From positions 3,906,001-3,970,000 of the forward strand of contig NW_024704762.1 in NCBI RefSeq assembly GCF_018977255.1: DNA of 64,000 nucleotides, in the 5' to 3' direction. Source of the DNA: Callorhinchus milii. Taxonomy: Eukaryota. Below, piece after piece: positions 28,529 to 44,809 of this stretch. Under the pieces are notes generated by a model that was not told the origin of the DNA, searched no databases, and saw only the letters and a list, made by a program, of their open reading frames with translations. Within the stretch, counting starts at the first letter, position 1; each line of letters starts with the position of its first letter. The translations under genes and the position numbers were made by a program.

Positions 28529-31500
28529 TTACACCACAGGATAGAGTGCGGAACTGGCAATGCCGCAGTTATTGCCCTTGTCCTTTGCCGTGTGGAAGTA
28601 TCCATTGTTGCCCCATTTGACTCCCCAACTGAAGGAAGAAAGAGATAGAAATTACGGTTAACATCACTTAAAGTCATGAAGTCATACAAAAAAGTAATTT
28701 AAAGCTCGTCGCTGCTCTGAGATTAAGAGGTGGACGAGAGCGGGGGAGGAGGGATTTAGGGAGAGGAGGAGGCCATTCAGTCCATCTGGGCTGTTTCACC
28801 ATTTTATTAGATCATAGCAGATTTGTTAATCTCATCTCTCTGCCTTTTCTCCACGTGTGTTAACACCCTTACTTAGTACCCAAGTATAAATGCAAGTTGT
28901 TGTTGTCGTCTCAATTTTTAGGCAAAACTGGAAAGAAATCAACACGTAATGTATGGTCACAGGAGTTAGTTCAAAAAAAGAAAGTCCCTTTGGCCCATTC
29001 AATCTCAACCTCATCTAAACCAATTCCTGTCATTCATTTGAAAGACTGTCAAGCTTTCACATCACACGTCTGCAAAACATGACCGTTGTAGGCTCTTGGG
29101 TACCAGCTCAAGTCTTCACCCACCTGAGTTCCTGCCAGTCACAGGGTCAAGTGGGTCAAGAGTAGAGCCCAGAGCTTAGAGATCAAAGTACACACACTGT
29201 ACGTCCCTGGTGCTAACCTCTGCTACGCTTTGCATTTGGTTAAAAGAAAATTGGCGCTGTTGGGAAGCAAATAGGACTGTAGTTTGAAATGCCCTGGTTG
29301 CCTCCTGGTGAAAGTGCTCTGGGACACTACACTGCTTGAGGGGCGCTATATAAATGCAACTTGTTGTTGTTGTTGTTGTTGTTGTTGTGAGACGTACCTG
29401 TTTTTAACAATCCAATATGGTTCTCCTGCTTCAGTTCCATATCCAACCACCAGTAACTCGTGGTCCGTTACAGTCTTGCTACACGCCTCATCATAATAAA
29501 TGCCTGTAAATAGCAGAAGTATTAAAGATATGCAGAGCAGAAGGAGCCCATTCAGCCCTCTTATGACATTATTACAATTCGCGAGCTCTTTGTTCCACAA
29601 TCTCTAAGACCCAATTGAAGAATTTCCATCAAATTTATGATCTTAAGGTGTTCCTGAGGTGTAGTTTGGGGTATTCTACGGTTCTTGGGGGCGGGGGGGA
29701 GATTTTGTTGGGAAACATGATGTGAGTCTTCTGATGCTAAGAGGCGCAGATAATAATAATAATAATCCTTACTTTTGATTTGACATTTTATCACATCGTT
29801 GAGACACGTCGAAGCACTTCACATAATAAATCACGTAAAGTGTACATTTTTGGGCGAATGTGACAGACAGCCAATTGCACACAGCAGTGTCCCACAAACA
29901 GCGGTGGATTGAGTAACCAAATTGTTTTTAAGGTATAGTTACCCCCAGAAAGTGATCCGTCAATCAACTAGAACTTACTTCTAGGTAAACAGAGGCTTCT
30001 GTGTGGAATTAGGAGACTTGCCGAAGGTTTCTCCCTGCCCGGGAATCGAAATCCACTATCTTACAGGATCGAGGAAGGTATTTAGCTGATAAACGAGAGC
30101 ACAAGGCTCTGCGTAACTCTGGCTTCTCACCTGATTTGTAGAACATGAATGACGCACGACCTGCGTCAAAGACGACGGCTATTGGGCCGACAGTGGCCAC
30201 CGCAGCGGCTAAGTCCTTCTCTGAGTTCTTCCTGATCATCTTCACCCCCTGACATGTGGCCACGCTCTCGTTCTCCTTACTGGTACAAACTCGTTCTGCA
30301 ACGTAAGTACAGCCCTTAGAGACGCCGAAGCCTCGAATCACATGAAAAAAGTCCAATATAATTTTTTCACCCAGCGAGTTATTTGAGGAGGACAAGTTTG
30401 CAGGGCTATGGGGAGAGAGCTGGGGAGTGGGATTAATTTGGACAGCTCTTTCAAAGACCTGGCACGGACATGATGAGCTGAATGGCCTCTTCTGTGCTGT
30501 ATAATTCCATAATAATATTCTATCTTCTTCTTTACATGTACTAATAAAATGACAATGTCTTTCTGCGCTTCCAGAAGGATCTCAATAACCGATTGACGTA
30601 GAGACATGATTTATATCTCATCGGAAATAGTCTTGCAACTGGGAGTGACATGGGCATATTTGTTTTTGTATATATCCTATCGTTCATGAGTTATTTTCAG
30701 TTTTGTAGTTACACCTGGTGGCCGCTGAGTCAAAGTGGTACTGTGACATCGTGCGTCACAGAGTACCTACAAATGTATGCACGCACTGCAGTCACATCTG
30801 GTGGCCGGCCCGGCTGACTGTTGTGCTGTGGCATCCTGCATCACAGAGTACGCACGTAGTCAAGCGGCGGGAACAAAATAAAGAACACAGTCGAAGCTAA
30901 GCCGCGGCAGCAACAGTAAAATTATATTTTTAAAGGGCCAAAAGGAGTCCTCCCACAGGAGTCCTCCCAGAGGAGTATAGATAAAGATGAAATGTCTGTC
31001 TGTGTGTCAATTTACATTCCATGTTGAATCCTTTGGTCGCAAAAGAAGCTNNNNNNNNNNNNNNNNNNNNNNNNNNNNNNNNNNNNNNNNNNNNNNNNNN
31101 NNNNNNNNNNNNNNNNNNNNNNNNNNNNNNNNNNNNNNNNNNNNNNNNNNNNNNNNNNNNNNNNNNNNNNNNNNNNNNATTTGATACAGCGCCTTAACAT
31201 CTTGACAACACGTCATTGCCAAGCAATCTCAATGTACAGTGGCTGTGTAAATGTGGGTGATATAGCAGCCAATTTATAGAATCATAGAATCTCAGAGCAC
31301 CATCATGCCTGTGCCGGCTTCTGGAAAGAGTTATCCAACTAGTCCCACTCATCCGCTCTTTCCCCATAGCCCTGCAAATGTTACCTTTTCAAGTATATAT
31401 ACAATTTGAAAGTTATTATACAATGCGCTTCCACCATCCTGTCAGGCAATGCATTCCAGATCGCACAGCAATGTCCCACAAACAGCCATGGAGCGAGTAA

Positions 31501-33469
31501 CTAATTTTATTTGAGCAATTATTGGTGAGGACACCAGGAGAGAAAGTCTCTTCTCTTTTCAAATAGTGTCACAGGTTGCTTAATGTCCACCTGGACAGGC
31601 AGACGGGACCTTGGTTTAACGTCTCACCTGAAGGACGGCATAGACTTATAGGGGCTCCAAATCCTGAGCTGGACCCATAACCCTCTGCCACAGAGGCGAG
31701 TGCACTACCAACTGAGCCACGCTGGCACTTTGAGGTCATTGCCCCAGTCATTGATAAAAGGAAGGTGTTTAAAGGGAGGGTAAGTTACCTTGGCAGTGTA
31801 GGGGTAGGATTCCTCCGAGTTGATTCCTTTCTCTTTAATGAAGAGGAGGGAACGGTAGTTGGAACCACCGTTACATCCGTGATTCCCGACACTCTGGCTG
31901 CAGTCCATCAGGTACTGCTCACTAAGCGAGATCAACTTCCCCGTTTTCTTAAACCACTGACCTTCCAGGACCCCGGTCGTACTGAACGCCCAGCACGAGC
32001 CACAGGCTTTCTGGTGAATGAGGAGCAATACTGAATTAATAATAATAATAATAATAATCCTTGTATTTGCTACAGCGCCTTATAACGTCTTCCAGACGTC
32101 TCAAAGTGCTTCACAGAATATCTTAACCATTCTTTTCCTTCCGCTCGGCCGGCACTGGCCTGCTCCATCTCCCCCACCCCGCCAGCCCCACCATTGGTGG
32201 TCGAGCCTTCAGCTTTTCTGACCCCACCTTCTGGAACTCCATCCCAGAACCCCTCCACCTCGTCCCCTCTCTTTCCTCCTTCAAGGCCCATCTCAAGACC
32301 TTCCTCTTGACCCCGCATTCAATAGTTTAGTAGGCGCTAAAAGTGATTCTCCTTCACCTGGTCCTTCACTCCGGTAACGTAGCCTTTAGGGCGCCAGTCA
32401 ACACTCTGAGGGAGGTCAGTCTTATCATCAGCTGTAAATATGTTGCATGTTTTGTTGTTATATTGCCTTGTGTTTCGCCTATTCAACAGGTTACTGAACT
32501 CCTCAACGGTCTGGAAAGGTAAGTGATTTGAGATTTGTTAGTTACAATATCGCTACAGGGTGGGTGGGAGGGAAGAGAACAGCATCAGATCATGATATCT
32601 TTTGGGATAATATCCCATACACACAAACAGTCATGGATTGAGTGACTAAATTGAGATTATTGTTTTTAAAGGGATTATTAACCCCCAAAAAGTGATCTGC
32701 CAATCGATTAAAAACTGTAAACAGAGGCACATAAAGTGAAGTAAGAAAACTTGCCTTACATTTTGCCCTGGCTGGGAATCAAACCCAGTCCTCTCGCTTG
32801 CGAGGCGAGTGCTCTAACCATTTCACTACAGGACTCCACAATCAATCTTCATCCCGATTCAATGGGAGTGTTTCAAAGATTCGCTGTTCACCTTTCACAC
32901 TCTCACACTTCAGGTACCTACCATGTCTCCAAACTGATTCATCCCCACAGCAAACGTGTGTTTCCCCATGAAGTAATCCGTGTTGTGCTTCTCAATATAC
33001 TGCAGGTTCTGCTCCCACACATTTCTTTTAAACGCAGCATCTTTCTGAAAAGTAGGATTTACACCCGTGTCAAACTCCAACTCCTTTTAGCATAGAAATC
33101 ATCAATCGAGAGAAATATTTTCCACCTGGATAGCTTAGCATTTCGGATCATCTGACTAACCACATTCACCAATCTCGTCCAAACGACTGCATTTCTGACA
33201 AAACAACACTCTTGCCAACATTGCACAGGAGTGTCAGCTTAGATTTTGAGTCTCAAACTTCTGATGTGAAGGCTTGAACCCACAACTTTTTGACCCAGAG
33301 GCAAGAGTGTTACCAAATGAGCCAGTCTGACAACTCTTACCTCCTGGTACACCTTCTTGTGAAAGGTTTTCCAGCTCAGCCACTCATTGTCCAAAGCTGG
33401 ATTGATCGAGACTGTTGAAGCTTTAACTAGAACGCACACCACAAAACAGCCCCTCAGCAGGTAGTTCAT
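28529..33469 (-). CDS. Cathepsin L/S-like protease, copy B3 (apparent 1-bp frameshift at start of exon 6: pseudogene or sequence error)
   Basis: Exons 33341-33469, 32922-33044, 32358-32510, 31789-32010, 30131-30295 (165 bp vs 166 in B1/B2; ctcg vs ctccg near 30292), 29398-29503, 28529-28628. Confidence 0.88.
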
Positions 33470-33713
33470 GACGAGTTATCTGTCAGAACAAAACACAGGG
33501 ATCAGACAGACAGTGAGCAAGTTACTCTGAGTTGAGAGATTTTGTGCAGCCAAAAGGTCTATCTTTTAGACCACACCAGTGGTCATCTCCCTGCTTTGAT
33601 ATAACGTCTTATCACGTCATTGAGACGTTTCAAAGCGCTTCACAGAATATACTGTAAAGTGGGTTGACTGTGTATTTTATGGGCAAAAGACACATTTTTA
33701 TCAATAGTCCTAC

Positions 33714-33770
33714 CTTCCAGCCGTCCTGCCCTCTGGCTAATATGGGGAGCGCACAGGTCAATATATACCA
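33714..33770 (-). promoter_or_regulatory. B3 TATA box and short non-coding exon 1
   Basis: TATATA at 33762-33767; donor at 33713. Confidence 0.6.
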
Positions 33771-34302
33771 TAGTTAACAGCAGCGTCCTGTCCACCCTCA
33801 AGACGCTGCTAAAACGCAAATGGTTGACAGGTCCGAGTGATCAAGTTGACAAATAATATCAGATATCTTGCGTCCTGTAAGGTGACCTGTTGCTCAGTAA
33901 GCAATTTATTTCCCCCTTCCGCACAGTAACGCTGGTTGCTGAGTGTGACCCATTTGTTAGCTTTGAGATCATAGCAGCTTTAGTTTTTTGTCAGAATCCA
34001 AAGCCAAATGAATGGCCTTTTGTCACGGAGGTCCCGCTGTGATGCCAGAATATTGTGTTTGAGCACACGGAGCTCAACAACAAGGTAACAGAAACCTCCA
34101 CGCCGCGACTGCTGTCTCTGCTATCGGCCAATAACGATCATAATAATAATAATAATCCTTGCATTTGATAGTCTCATCACCTCATAATAATAAATAATAA
34201 TCCTTGCATTTGATATAGCGCTTTCCACGTCTTCTAGACGTCTCAATGCGCCTCACAAAATATACTGTAACGTAAATTGATTGTGTATTTGTGGGCGAAA
34301 CG

Positions 34303-34382
34303 CCAGACAGACAGACAGACAGACCGACCGACCGTCGGTCAGACGGACGAACGGACGGACGGACAGACAGACAGACAGACAG
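34303..34382. repeat. (GACA/GACG/GACC)n tetranucleotide microsatellite
   Basis: Read directly. Confidence 0.9.
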
Positions 34383-35164
34383 GTGACCTCAATGTAGATA
34401 AAGCCAAGCCATTTCTCAGGTACATTTCACAAGCCAGCAAGCTTGCTAACTCTGCGGGGGGATGAGATCACTCTGTTTCGTGCTTTGCAGATTAAGCAAA
34501 ATACTTCATCAACCATCACGTGTGCTGATGGAGGGGTGGCTGGTTGACTGGAGGGAACACCTTCCTTCAAAAATAAAAATAAACTCATCCCTACATTTTT
34601 TACAGCACCTTTTTCTGATTGGGAGGACATCTCAAAGCCTTCACAGGATTTAGGGTAACGTGTGGTGACTGTGTATTTTGTAGGCCAACACGGCAGCCAA
34701 TTTTTAACACAGCAATATCTTACAAACAGCCATGGCATGAGTGAGCAATTTTATTTTGGTGAACTATTGGTCAGGAGACCGGGAGAGAGAAACTCCTTTC
34801 TCGTTTCAAGCACCACAGGAACTTTGATATCCACCTGAAGAGGCAGACCTCACTTTAACCATTCATCCAAAGGACGGCACCTCTGACGATGTAGGATACT
34901 CCAAGCACTGCATTTCTGTGTCATCTTAGACTATCAGGGTTTAAAGTCCCGACGTAGCTGGGTGCCGAGGCAGCAGGACAAGAGGTGGCAGGTTCAGGGG
35001 TAAGTGCGAGTTCAGTAATGTCTCAGATTGACACACTCAGGCGAGTGTCTAATTGTTGATGTTGAGCTTGGCCTTTCCCAGGAGTGAGTGTCACAGAATG
35101 AAAATCCACTTGGTCCATCTGTGCTAGTCTTTTCTTACGATGTGGGCGATGCTGGCAAGGCTGT

Positions 35165-35550
35165 GAAGTCCTGTAGAGTAGTGGTTAGAGCACTCGCCTC
35201 GCAAGCGAGAGGACCCAGGTTCGATTCCTGGGCAGGGAGAAACCTTAGGCAAGTTTCTGTACTCTATACGCCTCTGTTTACTTAGCAGTAAATAGAAACC
35301 CGTTTGTTAGTCAATTGACGGATCGCTTTCCAGGGGTAATAATCCCTTTAAAAAATAATAATAATAATTTCGTTACTCAATCCACGACTGTTTGTGAGAC
35401 ACTGCTACACGCAATTGGCTGCCACGTTTCGCCCACAAAATACGCAGTCAATCCATTTTATAGTATATTCTGTGAAGTTCTTTGAGACATCTGAACAACA
35501 TGATAGGGCGCTGTATCAAATGCATGGATTATTATTATTATTATTATTAT
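35165..35550 (+). mobile_element. tRNA-headed SINE, long subfamily (others: 835-1199-, 12385-12720-, 38410-38758-, 39460-39741-, 40230-40633-; short type 11520-11790+, 58597-58878+, 60381-60600+)
   Basis: Head GTAGTGGTTAGAGCACTCGCCTCGCAAGCGAG..GGTTCGATTCC, an extra ~80-nt middle segment, and the shared 3' body with (TTA)n tail. Confidence 0.8.
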
Positions 35551-36359
35551 AAGGTTAGCACGTACCAACATCTAACAACTGAGTGACTTGTTAAGCTATT
35601 TCATAGTGTGGGGACTACGAGCACTTCACAGGCAGTTAATGTCGAGGGCAGTGACTGGTTCCGTGGGAAGATGGTAAGAAATAAGAGTGACTTGCAATCG
35701 AGGGAGGCAACTGTTTGGATCTGTATGCAGCAAGAAGTTGCTTTCGCTCAAATGTTTCCCTTTGTTCGCTGCGGTTCCCATTCGCACCATTATGCGGTGC
35801 TACACCCAATTTTGCAGCATTCTGTGCTATTTCAGCATAGTTGGTCGCGCTCTCGTATCTGAGTCAGAAGATTGTGGGATAAATAATAATAATAATCCTT
35901 GTATTTGTTATAGTGCCTTATCACGTCTTCAAGACGTCTGAAAGCGCTTCACAGAATATGCCGTAAAATGAATTGACTGTTATATATTTTGTGGTCGAAA
36001 TGTGGCAGTCAGTTTACGCACAGCAGTGTCCAACAAACAGCCATCACCTTAGATAATTATTTGGGGAGGACAAGTTTGCAGGGCTATGGGGAGAGAATGG
36101 GCGAGTGGGATAGAATTCAGATGAGACATTAAACCGAAGTCCCATGTGGTCTGAGTTCAACCTCAGCTGAATGTGCTGGCTGTATGGAGCCTTGTGATAA
36201 AATGGGTCAAAGCTTCCTGTTGTGGTTATAAAACAGTCTAAAAATCTGAGCTTGACAGATTTGACATTAGTTTGATCACGCAATCCTGGATGCTTTGCGT
36301 GCGACTGATTGTAATAAGCCACTTCTCCCAGATATTCTGAACGTCAACAGTAAATGAGT

Positions 36360-36790
36360 AAACAATTCATTACATCGAGGCTCGACTGTGCAAACTCACT
36401 GCTTGTCGGCCTCCCCAACTCCTCCCGCCTCAGGTTGCAGATCATCCAGAATTCTGCAGCCCGTGTCTTCTTCCGCACCAGGCTCCGCGACCCTATCACC
36501 CCCATCCTCGCCCGACTCCACTGGCTTCCCGTCACACAGAGGATACAGTTCAAGATCCTGGTCCTCACCTTAAAAGCCCTCAATGGTCTTGTTCCCGGCT
36601 ACTTCTTTGACCTCCTAACCCCCTACCACCCTGTTCGCTTCCTCCGGTCAGCGGACTCCGGCCTGCTTCACGTCCCCCGCCTTGTTCACCACTATCGGCA
36701 GGCAGGTCTCCCACCATTCTGCACCCACCCTCTGGAACTCTGGTACCAGCACCTTGGAACGTCCTCCCGACGTGAAAGACACTTTACAAA
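36360..36790 (+). mobile_element. L2-type LINE 3' fragment
   Basis: FITSRLDCANSLLVGLP..LQIIQNSAARV..ITPILARLHWLPVTQRIQFKILVLTLKALNG is the L2 ORF2 C-terminus. Confidence 0.85.
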
Positions 36791-37306
36791 TGTAGTTTTG
36801 TTATTGTTGTAACATCTGTTAAATGTATTGACTGTGTATTTATAGGCAAAGATGGCAGTCAGTGTGTGCGCGGTGATGTGCTCTGGTTTAAGCTCTGGGA
36901 CGCTAACCTGGTTCAGGAGCGCTATATAAATGCAAGTTGTTGTTGTTATTGATGTCCCACAGACAGACAGGACCCTAATGACCAATTGTCTGAGGATCAC
37001 CAGCCAGGGCACTCTCTCTTCTCATTTCCAATTATGTCACGGTTTACTTTACATTCACTTGAACAGACGAAGAAGGCCCTTTGACCCATCTGCTCCCATC
37101 CTGTAGAACACCCACCCTTCTGCCCTCACAGCACAGTATCAAGCTGTGTGTTTTTTAAATAAGTCCCAGTGTCCTGGCCTCAGCCCCGCTTCCTGGTAAA
37201 CGTATTCTAGTCATTCATTATCCTCTTGAGTAAAAAACTTCCTGGTGTCTGTCCTGAAATTGCCCTTTACAACTGTAAACCTGAGTCCTCCTTTGATGCA
37301 TTAAAG

Positions 37307-37483
37307 TACAGTCAAACTCGTAGAAGTCTGATCTGTATAAATCGTATCATCGCCTAAATCGTACATCTGCCCAAGTCTCGTTTAGGAGTTTATATTGCAT
37401 GCGAGTTTGACATAACTCATACTTTGCGTGAGTCATATTAAATGTATAGACCCAACCGTAAGACTTAGTTGAGGTTTACTGTA
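37307..37483. mobile_element. Tc1/mariner (pogo/Tigger-like) MITE
   Basis: TA-CAGTCAAACTC...GAGGTTTACTG-TA termini; related copies at 43996-44172 and (partial, inverted) 52691-52802. Confidence 0.7.
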
Positions 37484-39279
37484 TTGTTCTGGGTTGGCTT
37501 TCTCAATCTCATTTAAAGTTCTATGCACTTTTCTAAGGTCCCCCCCTGAGGTCCTCAGCTCAGCCTGTCATGTCCAGGCAACTCTGCAGTGATATGAAAC
37601 TGCTTGATTTACAGTGAACAGAACTCCTCAGATTAGAATTAGAACATGTGATGTTCTTTCTCTTTGCTTGTTTTGACTTGAATAAAAAAAAACGCTGTGT
37701 ATAGGAATAAACTTTACCTTAAAAGGGTCACTGCCTGACTTCAACAACAACAAATTACATTTACACAGCGCCTCCAGCGTCAGGAGGATTTCCCAAGGCA
37801 TTGGACAAAGAGGGATTTGGATTCAAGCAGGGTATTGGGATCAGAAGGGGCGGAGGGCACTGAGGGTTAGGCTAGACCGCAGCAGGAACCTTGGCAGAAG
37901 TTCCCTCCTTTCCCCGTCTGCAGTCCAGAGTCACTCAATGCCCCACTAACAGCGAGAGTCTAACCCAGCACCGAGCACGAATTGGAGCCTTTCTGGCCTT
38001 GTGTGTGTTCTCTGGAACTCACCAAATGAGGTCTCCGCCAACTGAGCTGTCGAAGGTCACTTTCCCTCCCATCCCCTCCTCTCCACTCCTCCCCACAACC
38101 ACCCACCCCAACCCCACCCTCCATTGCCTCCCTATCCCATCTCCTCCCGGCTTGTCAGCAAACACACAAGAGTCTCACAACATTATGGGTTAAAAAATCA
38201 TCCATTTTGTATGTATTGAGTAAAAGATACATCAGTGATGCACATGGGGAGGGGAGAAGAGGAGAATTAACAAGGTCTCATTAGGAAAACAAGTGTCATT
38301 AACAGCTTGCAGCGGAAACAAAAATCTCAGGCAGTGAAGTTTGCCTCCTCCAGGGAATTCCAAGAGCCTCCCACTGACTTGCTCGGCCTCCACTCTAAGC
38401 TGAGAGCTGATAATAATTCTCACATTTGATAAAGTGTCTTTTCACATCGTTGAGATGTCACAAAGCGCTTCACGGGATATGTTGTAAAGTGGTTCGACTG
38501 TATATTTTGTGGGCGAAACGCAGCAGCCAATTGCGCACAGCACTCGTGGACTGAGTGAGCAAATTTCTTTTTTTTTGTGTGAGATTATTACCCCGGAAAG
38601 CGATCTGCTAATCAACTAACAGCCAGATTCCTACTTTCTGCTAAGTAGACAGGCGTGAGGAGTAAGGAAACTTGCCTAAGGTTTCGCCTCGCCCGGGAAT
38701 CGAACCTGGGTCCTCTCGCTTGCGAGGCAAACGCGCTAACCAATACTCTATGGGACTCAACTGATGGATTATTGCAAGTCAGTGAGATGTGTGTGGATTT
38801 ACCGAGAAGAGATACACTTCACATCCTTCCTCTGGGATGAGGTTCCCTTTACACTGAGGCTCTCTTTCTCAAGCCCCACGGGAAGGAGTCCAAAGATGCT
38901 CCATTTCCTTTAATGTGGCAACAATTTAATAACATGGTTTAAAACTTTCCCTTTTAGTCGAGGGTGCCTGTTAGTTGGGGTTAATTTTGCAGCATTTCTT
39001 AATGGATTTAAGAAATCCGGAAGCCCATGACTCCAACTCGGATCCATTTTCAGCACCTGATTCCCTTGGGTCGGAGTGACTGCTTGCGATCTCTTAATTA
39101 AGAAATCCGCTAAGAAATGGCGCAAAATTGACCCAAATTATTTCGGGAACAGAAAGGACAAAGGATTCTTTGCTGGTTTTTATAATATCCAAGCTTAGTT
39201 TACAAAGTGAACTCACACTGTATGGGAAATAATCTTCCCAATGGCAATAATATTCTAACAATCAGACACATTGCAAAAT

Positions 39280-39285
39280 TTATTC
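39280..39285 (-). terminator. Candidate poly(A) signal of gene C
   Basis: AATAAA ~22 nt after the stop, with TGTGTCT downstream. Confidence 0.45.
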
Positions 39286-39307
39286 CCAGATTTTGTCCAG
39301 CAAAATT

Positions 39308-44809
<5,502 letters not shown>

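Larger units (their letters stand above)
6840..34200. repeat. Tandem segmental triplication (units ~6.9-17.1, ~17.1-26.3, ~26.3-34.15 kb), one B gene per unit
   Basis: Intergenic, intronic and UTR sequence recurs nearly identically, e.g. at 8590/17887/26878, 10320/19084/28101 and 16700/26000/33775. Confidence 0.95.
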
